Shown piece by piece: positions 51,130 through 64,000 of a stretch of 64,000 nucleotides of DNA. The DNA comes from Octopus vulgaris (lineage: Eukaryota): the NCBI GenBank assembly GCA_951406725.2, contig OX597829.1:7936001-8000000 (forward strand), read 5' to 3'. Position 1 is the stretch's first letter. Each line of letters starts with the position of its first letter. The notes beneath the pieces are model-generated. The model had not been told where the DNA came from. It saw nothing but the letters and a program-made list of their open reading frames with translations, and did no database searches. The position numbers and the translations under genes were made by a program.

Positions 51130-52932
51130 AGATAGAAATAACTACAGGGGTATCAAACTGCTGGATCAGGTGATGAAGGTTACGGAGAGGGTCATAGCCC
51201 ATCTAATAGAGAGAGACTCTACTTAGATGAGACGCAATTTGGTTTTGTGCCGAGTAGAAGCACCACTAATGCCATGTTCCTGGTTCGACAACTACAGGAG
51301 AAATACCTAGGTAAAGATATACCCCTGTACATAGCTTTTGTGAACTGGGAGAAAGCTTTTGACAGGGTCCTCCGATCCCTTATCTGGTGGGTGATGCAGA
51401 AACTGGGGATTGACGAATGGTTAATAAGGGCTGTACAGGCCCTGGCAATGCATATAGTGAAGAATTCTGGGTAGAAGTAGAGGTCCACCAAGGTTCAGCC
51501 CTCAGTCCCCTTTTATTCATCATAGTCCTACAGATAATAACAGAGGAATTCAAGACAGGTTGCCCTTTGGAGCTCCTCTATGCTGATAACCTGGCCCCCA
51601 TAGCAGAATCACTACCAGAACTAGAAAAGAAATTTGGGGTGTGGAAGCAAGATTTAGAATTAAAGGGCCTTAGAGTCAATGTAGCAAAGACCAAAGTTCT
51701 AGTAAGTCCGAAAGCAAACACATCATACCCACTGCCTTCAGGTAGATGGCCCTGCTCGATGTGTAGAAAAGGTGTAGGTAGAAACTCCATAAGATGTACC
51801 CAATGTAAGAGATGCAGAAACATCAAAGGGAGATTAACTGTGAAGATAGCTTTCATGTGTGGCAGATGCACAGGGGCAATAAACACAACAGATACTCAGT
51901 AAACAGATTCCATCACACTCCAGGGGAAAAAAACTAGAATTAGTGATAGCTTCCACTACCTAAGTGACCAAGTTAGTAGTGGGGGTGGATGCTCAGAGAG
52001 TGTTACCACTAGAATAAGAATAGCCTGGGTAAAGTTAAACTTTACCCAGGCTTCTACCCCTACTGGTGACAAAAGGCCACTCGCTCAGAATGAAAGGTAG
52101 ATTGTACGATGCATGAGTGCAAACTGCCATGCTTCACGGCAGTAAAACATGGGCCGTGACTGCAGAGAACATGCATAGGCTCGAAAGAAATGAAGCTAGC
52201 ATGATCCGCTGGATGTGTAATGTCAGTGTGCACACACAACTGAGTATAAGTGCCGTGAGATAAATGTTGGACATAAGAAGCATAGATGTGGCATTCAAGA
52301 GAGACATTTGCGCTGATATGGTCATGTACTAAGGATGGATGAGGAGAGATGTGTGAAGAAGTGCCACTCCCAAACAGTTGCAGGAATCCGGAGTAGAGGT
52401 GGACCGAGGAAGACATGGGATGAGGTGGTCAAGGATGACCTTCAAACGTGGGGCCTCACAGAGGAAATGACGGAAAACCAAGACCTCTGGAGATATGCTG
52501 TCACTGCGAAGACCCAGCAAATAAAGTGAGTTCATGACTGTATCCTACACCAGTTTTGCATAACCAGTCCCAGCTCATTCAAAGTACCTTGGATTGTAGG
52601 GCAACCAGGTGTGCTTGAGGTGACCTATTGAGTCAAGTACATCAACAACAAAATAAAAATCAAATGGAAATTGTAGTTGAGATACCCGTGCCAGTGGCAC
52701 GTAAAAAGCACCAACCGTTCATGAATGTTGCCAGCCTCCTCTGGCCCCTGTGCCAGTAGCACGTAAAAAGTACCCACTACACTCACGGAGTGGTTGGCGT
52801 TAGGAAGGGCATCCAGCTGTAGAAACACTGCCAGATCAGACTGGAGCCTGGTGCAGCCTCCTGGCTTCCTAGACCCCGGTCGAACCATCCAACACATGCT
52901 AGCATGGAAAACAGATGTTAAATGATGATGAT
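51130..52932 (+). mobile_element. RTE-clade LINE, 5'-truncated RT pseudogene with complete 3' UTR
   Basis: NYRGIKLLDQVMKV, QFGFVP.RSTT.A.FLVRQLQEKY, EKAFDRV, VHQGSALSPLLF, LLYADNL; multiple stops and frameshifts; (GAT)n tail. Confidence 0.95.
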
Positions 52933-53210
52933 AATAAATATACATACATACATACACATATATATATGTATGTGTGTGTATGTATATATACTTCAAGTGA
53001 CACATACACACCAATATACACTCGCGCACACACATAGATATTCATTCACACAAATGAAAAGCAATGAAAGTATGTGTGTGTATGTGTGCATGTGTGCTAT
53101 TTACTGACAAAATATATATATATACATATACTAATATACATACACCTATCTGTAGATATATGCAAATATATATATATGTATATATATATTTTTGCATACA
53201 CACACACATA

Positions 53211-54516
53211 CAGGGTGCGCTGGGTACATTGTTGCCATTTTCTATTTTTCATTTTGCACATGCACATTGCTTGTTTCAGATTTTGCCGACAACACAGTAT
53301 AGTAGGGTCAGTTGGGAATGGTCTGTGAGAAAAAAAAAGTACTATGACAGAATTCACTCTGCCAGAAATTTGGAAACCACATGCTGTACTGCTTGGCATT
53401 CACTCAGGTAGCTCCAATATGAACATTTCAGAGTGTTTGGGTGCCAATCTGAGAACAGTGCAGAGGATTCAGAAAGAATTAGATAAGTCTCATGGTAATT
53501 ACGAAGGTTCAGTAGCTTGGAAAACTCACTCACATCATTCTGATCAGAAAAAAACTCCTGAAATTGTCAGTGAAATCCTGGCCAGGATTGACAACTAAGT
53601 CAATCAGGTCCATCACCTGGGACATGGGGGTGTCTGAGTTCCTTATCAGGCAGGCAGTGCATGAAGACATGTATTCCTCATAGAGGAAGACATGTATTCC
53701 TCATACAAGATGAAAAAGGGCCAATTTTTATCCCAAGTCATCAAGGACAAAAAAAAAGTAAAAAACAAGACTGCGCTACGAAGCTTTTGAATAAACTCAG
53801 GCATCCCCTGCAATTGACCATCCTTTGGTCTTTCTCAGACGAGAAAAATTTCTGCCAGGATCAGATGGCTTGCTGTGTTCCGAAAACAAGTACCAAGAGT
53901 GATAAAAATCAAACATCCAGTCAATATCATGGTGTTTGCAGTGATCACTAGTAATGGAGATGTTATGCTTCCATTTATCTTCCCACACGGCCTGAGACTA
54001 AACACGGAGAACTATATCAAGTATCTGGAAGAGGTAGTGCTGCCCTGGGTCAAGAGAGTGGTTACTGGAAGACCTTATGTCTGGCAATAGAAGGCTGCAC
54101 CATGCCACACAAGCAGGAGAACCCAGTCATGGCTGTCAGACAATTTCTGCAACCACATCACCCCTAACATCTGGCCACCTAATGCCCCAGACTGCAACCC
54201 CTTTGATTATTATGTTTGGGGCATACTTGAGCAAGAGAGCAACAAAACTCCTTGTAACACCAAAGATGAACTAAAGACAAGGATTATGGCAGCATTCACC
54301 AACTTAAACAAGGAGACCATCCAGAAGAGCTGCAAGAGATTCTACAGTTGTCTGGAGAGTGTGGTTGAAGCCAATAGTGATTTTATTAAGTAAATTTACT
54401 CTTTAAAATTGCAACAACTTTTTATGTAATTTTGGTAAATGTATGTGTTAAAACGAGGTGTCAGTGATATTTTCATTTTTGAGTAATTTAGATGACAACT
54501 TATTCAACGCACCCTG
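53211..54516 (+). mobile_element. full-length but inactivated DD37D (maT) Tc1/mariner-superfamily transposon
   Basis: TIRs cagggtgcgctg.. and ..caacgcaccctg with TA on both sides; FSDEKNF, MVFAVI, YVWQ*KAAPCH..WPPNAPDCNPFDYYVW with 37 residues between the (mutated) second and the third catalytic positions. Confidence 0.92.
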
Positions 54517-54549
54517 TATATGTATGTATGTATATATATATATATATAT

Positions 54550-55125
54550 ATCATCATCATCATCATCATCGTTTAACGTCCGTTCTCCATGCTAGCATGG
54601 GTTGGACAGTTCGACTGGGGATCTGGGAAGCCAGAAGGCTGCACCAGGCTCCAGTCTTATCTGGCAGTGTTTCTACAGATGGATGCCCTTCCTAATGCCA
54701 ACCACTCCGTGAGTGTAGTGGGTGCTTTTTACATGCCACCTGCACAGATGCCAGGCGAGGCTGGCAACGGCCATGGTTGGATTGGTGTATTTTATGTGCC
54801 ACCGGCACGGAAGCCAGACGAGGCGGTGCTGGCATCGGCCACGAGTCGGATGGTGCTTTTTACGTACCACCAGACCAGGGATCCTGGCTGGTTCAATTCG
54901 ATTTCGATTTCGCTTGCCCCAACATGTCTTCGCAAGCAAGGGGGTTGGCATGGGTGCCTGTTTTACGGTCAGATTGGTGTATTTTACGTGCCACCGGCAC
55001 TGAAGCCAGTGGAGGCGGCGCTGGCATCGGCCACGAGTCGGATAGTGCTTTTTACGTACCACCAGACCAGGGAACCTGGCTGGTTCAATTCGATTTCGCT
55101 TGCCCCAACATGTCTTCGCAAGCAA
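54550..55125 (-). mobile_element. RTE 3'-UTR/tail copy with an internal duplication of about 155 bp
   Basis: (CAT)n tail; 54780-54938 is repeated at 54972-55125. Confidence 0.88.
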
Positions 55126-55221
55126 TATATATATATATATATACTCATACACATATGTGTGTGTGTATATATATATATATATATACTCATACAAATAGAA
55201 AAATATATACTCATACACATA

Positions 55222-55263
<42 letters not shown>

Positions 55264-55438
55264 AAATATAAATAATATTAATAGAAATATTTATAATGAT
55301 AATAATAAGGATAATACAAATAGAAATAATATCGGGAATGAGGATAACAATTATATCTATAGCAGTAATAATTATTCGGATATAAATACAAATAATAATA
55401 ATAGCAATACCAATAATGTAGGTAATTGTGATACTGTT

Positions 55439-56026
55439 ATGGTAGATCTAAATGATAGTGTAAACGGATCGATAAATAGTAACCCAATTTTAGATAACAA
55501 TATTACCTTTAATAACGAAAATAATACTCATAATAATTTGAATAGCAGCAATATGAGAGATCTGTCCTTAAATAATTCTAAATCTGAAAATTATCCCCCT
55601 AGTTGCAATTGTAGGATTAAGTCAAAATGTCCGGCATCTGGTCGGTGTTTGGTCCATAATTTAATCAATAAATGTACTATAACAACTTCGAATAGTAACT
55701 TTTTTTACCTGGGTTGTACTATTAATTTTAAACTGAGACTTAACAATCATCTCTCCTCTTTCCGGTTAGATCATAAAGCTGGTTGCACCACACTTTCCAG
55801 TAAAATTTGGGAACTCAAAACTAATAATATTAAATATAACCTAAAATGGGAAATAGTTAGAAGGGCAGTACCTTATAGAAATAATAGGGTGGGCTGTCAA
55901 CTCTGTTCCATGGAGACATATGAGATTCTAAAGCATAGAAAAAATAAAAATCTACTAAATAATTGTATAGAGTTGGATATATCTTGTATTCACTCAAAAA
56001 TCAAAATTTTAAAATATTTCAAATAG
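55439..56026 (+). CDS. C-terminal GIY-YIG endonuclease domain of a Penelope-like element (truncated ORF; the Met is internal)
   Basis: YLG motif, catalytic-type Arg in FKLR, HLSSF, CxLC..E, LLN; the first motif reads LINKC instead of xIYxx. Confidence 0.75.
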   Translation: MVDLNDSVNGSINSNPILDNNITFNNENNTHNNLNSSNMRDLSLNNSKSENYPPSCNCRIKSKCPASGRCLVHNLINKCTITTSNSNFFYLGCTINFKLRLNNHLSSFRLDHKAGCTTLSSKIWELKTNNIKYNLKWEIVRRAVPYRNNRVGCQLCSMETYEILKHRKNKNLLNNCIELDISCIHSKIKILKYFK

Positions 56027-56955
56027 AAATTTTGTAAGTTCTCCTATTGTTGTTCTTTCTAACTGCACCTTTTTAATATAAAAATAAGTACTAATTGTAC
56101 TATGCTAATTTTTAATTGACTTTATAGTCAATTTAATTAACCTTACTGAAATTTAAAAATTGCTAATTTTTCCAAATTCTATTCTAAATTTAACATGTAA
56201 TACTATTCCCTTAGTGATACTTTTGATTTTCACTATAAATTTTGAATAGGTACGATTCTCCTACCATTTGCTATTGATGTTAATTGACCTCTAGATGTTA
56301 ACCTAAATTCCTTCTTACCATATAAAAACAAAAGTTAAAATATAAACTATAATAAATAAATAACCCTCTATTCTAGTGTTAACCTTAATTTTCTTACTGT
56401 ATCTCTCTCTACCGATAACCTATGACTCCTTTAATGTTTTCCTTTGATCTTCCTGTATTCTTAATCCCACTATTAATTCTGTGAGTTTTTCAGTTGAGAG
56501 CTGGTGGTGGTCAAACTTACAGTTCTTTTAAGAATTTAAGATTCCTTCTACACTGACCTAGATTTTCTGTCCCCACAGATATAGACTGACCTTTCTTTGT
56601 AGTATCTTTATTCCTTCTTACATCCCCATTATATTTTTTTCTCCTGCTGTCCTTTGCTCTAGCTAAACCTACCCCGCTGTCTTTCATGCTACTATAGAAT
56701 TTTGTCTGCAACAGTTAGATGCGAACTTAACCATAGACTGACCGGCATCTCTCCTCATGTTTCTTGGAACTTATATCCACATCTTGATGAGTAGATTTAT
56801 CTTCTCTGGCATATCAATAATTAATTTAAAAACTTTGTATTGTTGGAAAACATATATAGTCTGTTTGGAATATTACTTCAAATTCATGGAACTACTCCTA
56901 TAACTTCATAAGGATATTTACACGCTCTAAGAATATATGGAAAACCTATATGAAA

Positions 56956-57042
56956 TTTAGCTGAAGAATACTTGACATTATATTTGGTGTAATATTTGCA
57001 GCTTTAAATAAAATGTTTATAGTATGAAACAATTGTACTAAA
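56956..57042 (+). ncRNA. type I hammerhead ribozyme motif (family C)
   Basis: Stem I TTTAG(56956-60)/CTAAA(57038-42) perfect; CTGAAGA 56961-67; stem II ATACT/AGTAT perfect with a long loop; GAAAC 57026-30; stem III ACAATTGT; GUA triplet ending 57037. Confidence 0.85.
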
Positions 57043-57126
57043 CTACTGATCCATTCTTCTTGCTTTTTTCTTGGTTATATATATATATATATACTCATAC
57101 AAATAGAAAAGTATATGCTCATACAC

Positions 57127-57162
<36 letters not shown>

Positions 57163-57163
<1 letters not shown>

Positions 57164-58016
57164 ACCCGTGGCCTTTACCAGGGATGTAGCCAGCCCACTT
57201 ATGCATACCTTTCCTTCTTTGGACACAAAACTCACTCACCTCCGTTTCGCTGACGACATCGTACTCATCGCTGAAAACATGGATCAGCTTCAGACCATGC
57301 TGACGGAGCTCGACATCAAAAGTTCTGCAGTGGGTCTCAAGATGAACCGCATGGAAACAAAGTTCATGCGGTCAGACAACATACCAACAGGTCGAATGGT
57401 GATCGGCAGTGATGAAATAGAGGAGGTGAGAGAATATGTCTACCTGGGACAGGAAGTAAATATGTGCCAGGATATCAAAAAGAAGATCTCACGGAGAGTA
57501 AGGGCCGGATGGAAGGCGTTCAATGGCATAAGGGATGTGCTCAAGGGAAGGTTGAACAGGACCACCCGCGCCAACCTCATTAACAGTGCAGTTCTGCCTG
57601 CAATGTTATATGATAGTGAAAGAGAGAAGAGCAAAGACTGGTAACGGCTCAAAGAGCCATGGAAAGGTCAATGCTTGGTATCTCGTTGAGAGAGCACATA
57701 AGTAGCAAGATCATCAGAAAGAAGTCCAGCATGAGAGTTGTCATCGCAGAGTATACACGCAGCAATTATAGATGGGCTGGACATGTCGCCCGGCTCACCG
57801 ATAATTGGTGTACGCATGCAGCTGTCGAGTGGTACTCGCGTGAGCGGAAAAGACCACCCAGAAGACCTCCACGACGGTGGAGTGACGATTTCAGGAGGAC
57901 GATTGGGATCACGTGGATGAGAAAGGCGCGATCCAGAGAGGAGTGGACAGCGTGCTGTGACTAGCGGTGTCAAATGGACGCCTGACGGACTGGTCGGTCA
58001 AAGTGATCAAAGTGAT
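57163..58016 (+). mobile_element. second RTE family (BovB-like) LINE 3' portion
   Basis: LTHLRFADDIVLIA..GLKMN..TKFM..EYVYLGQ..MERSMLG..WAGHVAR..RPPRRW; frameshift near 57640; tail (aagtgatc)2. Confidence 0.92.
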
Positions 58017-58131
58017 ATGTATATATATTTATGTGTATATATATATATACACACACACACATGTACATATATATATATACCCACACAAATATATATATAT
58101 ATACATAAATATATATATACATACATATATG

Positions 58132-58300
58132 TGGGCATGGCTGTGTGGTTAGGAAGCTTGCTTTCTAACTACATGGTTTCGGGTTCAGTCCCACTGCGTG
58201 GCACTTTGGGTAGGTGTCTTCCACTATAGCCCTGAGCCGACCGGAGCTTTGTGATTGAATTCGGTAGGCAGGAGTTACTGCCGTTTGTGTATGTGTGCGT
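58132..58300 (+). mobile_element. CORE-type SINE 5' half
   Basis: tggctgtgtggttaggaagcttgc..gggttcagtcccactgcgtggcac. Confidence 0.85.
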
Positions 58301-58319
58301 ATAGCTGCTCAGTGCCTCT

Positions 58320-58573
58320 CCGAGAGAGAGAGAGAGGGATATATATATATATATATATACACATACATATATGTATATATACATACATATACGTATATAT
58401 ATATATATACATACATATATGTATATATATATACATACATATGTATATATATATATATATACACACATACATATATATATATACATACATATGTATATAT
58501 ATATATATACACACATACATATATATATATACATACACACATACATATATATATATACATACATATGTATATA
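58320..58573. repeat. compound microsatellite
   Basis: Direct inspection. Confidence 0.95.
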
Positions 58574-60495
58574 TAACTTAGAATAACTTAGAAAGGTTTT
58601 TGGCCAGTATTGGCCCAGGCCATGTCTAACTTAATAGCACCACCTGGCGAAGTCTTTCAGTTCAGGATTTGGGCACCAAGGCCCATTCGAGCAGAGAGTT
58701 ATTGTTTGCGGAGACATATCCGGGTGTGGATGGTTTGTCCGGTACTGTTTGAAGGAATTTGTCCAAAGACTTCTTGAATTTTGTGTGGTCAGTTTCTTTT
58801 TTGACGTGTCCTGGTGTAATGTTGAAGAGAGCGGGTCCAATTGAGGTGAAATAGTTGTGCCGTATTGTCGTTATGTGATGCGATTTAGATTTTTGTTGTG
58901 GACGGATGGCACGTGGTCCAAGCCTTGGATGCATTTTGAAGGTGATGCCAACATCATTCGGACAGTGCTGATGGAATATTTTCCACATCATACAGATAAT
59001 GTAGCGTTCACGGCGTCGTTGGAGTGAATACAATTTCAGCTTCTCTAGTCTACCCCAGTAGTCAAGGTCTGACATGCCATCTATCTTTTTTGTGATTGAC
59101 CTTTGGGGAGCTTCAATTCTCATAATATTTTGTTTTGTGTAGGGAGACCACAGTGGACAGCAGTATTCAAGGTGGGGTCGGGCAAAAGTGGAGAAGAGAA
59201 GGATAATAGCGTGGGAATCTCTCGACTGGAAGGTTCTGAGAATCCAGGAACACATTCTGCGGGCCATGTCAACTTTGCTGCTTATATGTGTAGCCCAGCT
59301 TATGTTGTTGTCCACTGTTACTCCCAGGTCTCTGATGTTGTTGGATGCCATGAGAATTTCTCCAGAAGGAAGAGAGTATGGGAGTTTCAGAGCGTCCTCC
59401 CTTCCAAAGTGGATCAGTTCGAATTTGTCTTCATTTAGCAACATGTTATTCTTTTCCGCCCATTGGACAACAGCTAGTAGGTCTGACTGAAGGTTTATTC
59501 GGTCATCCACGCCATTGATGACCTTCTGGAGCTTGGAATCATCAGCGAAGGTTCTGATGTTGCTGTGTTTGATGGTGTCAGTAATATCATTTATGTAGAT
59601 GATGAAGAGAAGTGGGCCCAACACAGTGCCTTGTGGGACACCACTGCTGACTTTGGCTGGGCTGGATTTGACTCCTTCGACTACAACATGTTGGGTTCTG
59701 TTAGAGAGGAAGCACTTGATCCATTGCAGCAGCTTTCCAGTGACACCAATATTGGACAGCTTTCTCAGAAGGATCTTATGATCAACCCTGTCAAAGGCCT
59801 TGCTGAAATCAAGGTAGATGACATCAGTGTTGGAACCCTCTCCCAAGGCTCTCAAAATGTCATCAAAATGATGCAGTAGCTGCGTCAAGCAATCTCTCCC
59901 ATTACGGAATCCATGCTGGTTGGGGTTCAGCATATTATGACTCTCAAGGAAGTGAGTCATACGCGATCTCAGCACCCTCTCAAATACCTTGATGGTATAT
60001 ATGAGAGGTGAGTGAGATTGGACGGTAATTCACGGCAAGTGATTTGTTTCCTTTTTTGAAAACTGGGACAACAGACTGGGATAGAAGGTCTTCTGGTATA
60101 TATCCAGCATCCAATGAGTTCCGCCACAGATTGGCTAGAGGGGGTGCAAGTTGGTTTTGACACATCTTCAAGACACAAGCAGGGAACCTATCGGGACCTA
60201 CTGCTGAATTATGCTTCATTTCCTTTATTGCTGCTAAGACATCAGGAGCGCCAAATGTTATGTCCGATAAAGTGTATTGGGGAGTAACATCACTGATACA
60301 GCCCAGATCAGTCATATCAGGATTGCTGAAAACAGAGCAATATTGTTTCTGCAATATTTCTCCCATGGTTTTGGCATTGTCTTGAAGAATACCATTTTCA
60401 TCAATCAGAGGGCCAACAGTAGAACCAGTGACTCTGTGTTTTTTTGCAAATGAAAAGAACACTTTGGGATTGAGTTTGATCTTCTCAATGGCCCA
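58574..60495 (-). mobile_element. young 5'-truncated CR1-group LINE with a complete RT domain and one frameshift
   Basis: [30 protein letters not shown], frameshift near 59990, then ORF 58662..59975 [45 protein letters not shown]; tail (ttctaagtta)2. Confidence 0.96.
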
Positions 60496-62919
<2,424 letters not shown>

Positions 62920-62920
<1 letters not shown>

Positions 62921-63192
62921 TGAAGCTGGATGAAGCTGGATCTCTTAAAATGAAGCTGGATGAAGCTGGATCTCTTAAAATGAAGCTGGATCTCTTCCTG
63001 TCGGGTGTCCCAGATGAACCAACTTCACGGCAGGAGGGGCAGATGAGGGCAGCTGCATCGAACTCTCTCATGCACCAAATAGCAGTTGCTAGAAAGCCTC
63101 CATGAAGTAAAACCAAGTAGCAACACCAAATGGCGGTGCCCCAGCATCCACAGCTCATAGGCTGGAACTGAATCAATCAATCAATCAATCAA
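62920..63192 (+). mobile_element. very short 3' end of a CR1-group LINE with (AATC)n tail
   Basis: [28 protein letters not shown] matches the end of ORF 17465..18145; ggcggtgccccagcat..ggctggaac then (aatc)n. Confidence 0.92.

Positions 63193-64000
<808 letters not shown>

Larger units (their letters stand above)
55263..57076 (+). mobile_element. 5'-truncated Penelope-like retroelement: Asn-rich linker, GIY-YIG endonuclease, long 3' UTR, hammerhead
   Basis: ORF 55439..56026, with the frame open upstream through N-rich codons: CNCR..CP..G.CL..NLINKC..FYLGCT..FKLRLNNHLSSF..TTLS..IW.LK..W.IV..CQLC.ME..LLN, the Cys-rich PLE GIY-YIG layout; hammerhead near the 3' end. Confidence 0.85.

Overview
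Eukaryotic, AT-rich, almost entirely repeat-derived window with no recognisable host protein-coding gene. The repeat repertoire points to a coleoid cephalopod, probably Octopus; this is inference from tRNA-derived CORE/Nin-type SINEs, RTE LINEs with (GAT)n tails, CR1-group LINEs, DD37D maT and mariner transposons, and kilobase (TA/CA)n microsatellites. Nearly all long ORFs in the track are microsatellite or minisatellite translations. The real coding remnants are LINE reverse transcriptases, Tc1/mariner transposases and two Penelope-like GIY-YIG endonuclease fragments. The most interesting signal is a set of type I hammerhead ribozyme motifs from at least three sequence families (cores at 21807, 23557, 28754 and 56961), plus a variant minimal motif at 36920 and 46621. 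All four canonical motifs have a self-complementary stem III. Two lie in ORF-less long palindromes embedded in TA/CA microsatellite, where only one arm keeps an intact catalytic core. One lies downstream of a Penelope-like endonuclease ORF. Other notable structure: a 2.4-kb 27-bp minisatellite carrying TGCTGAGTCA (AP-1/ARE-like) in most units, stuttered 5' junctions on LINEs inserted in microsatellite, a shared SINE/LINE 3' tail, and several recent local duplications. Coordinates were read by eye and may be off by a few bases.
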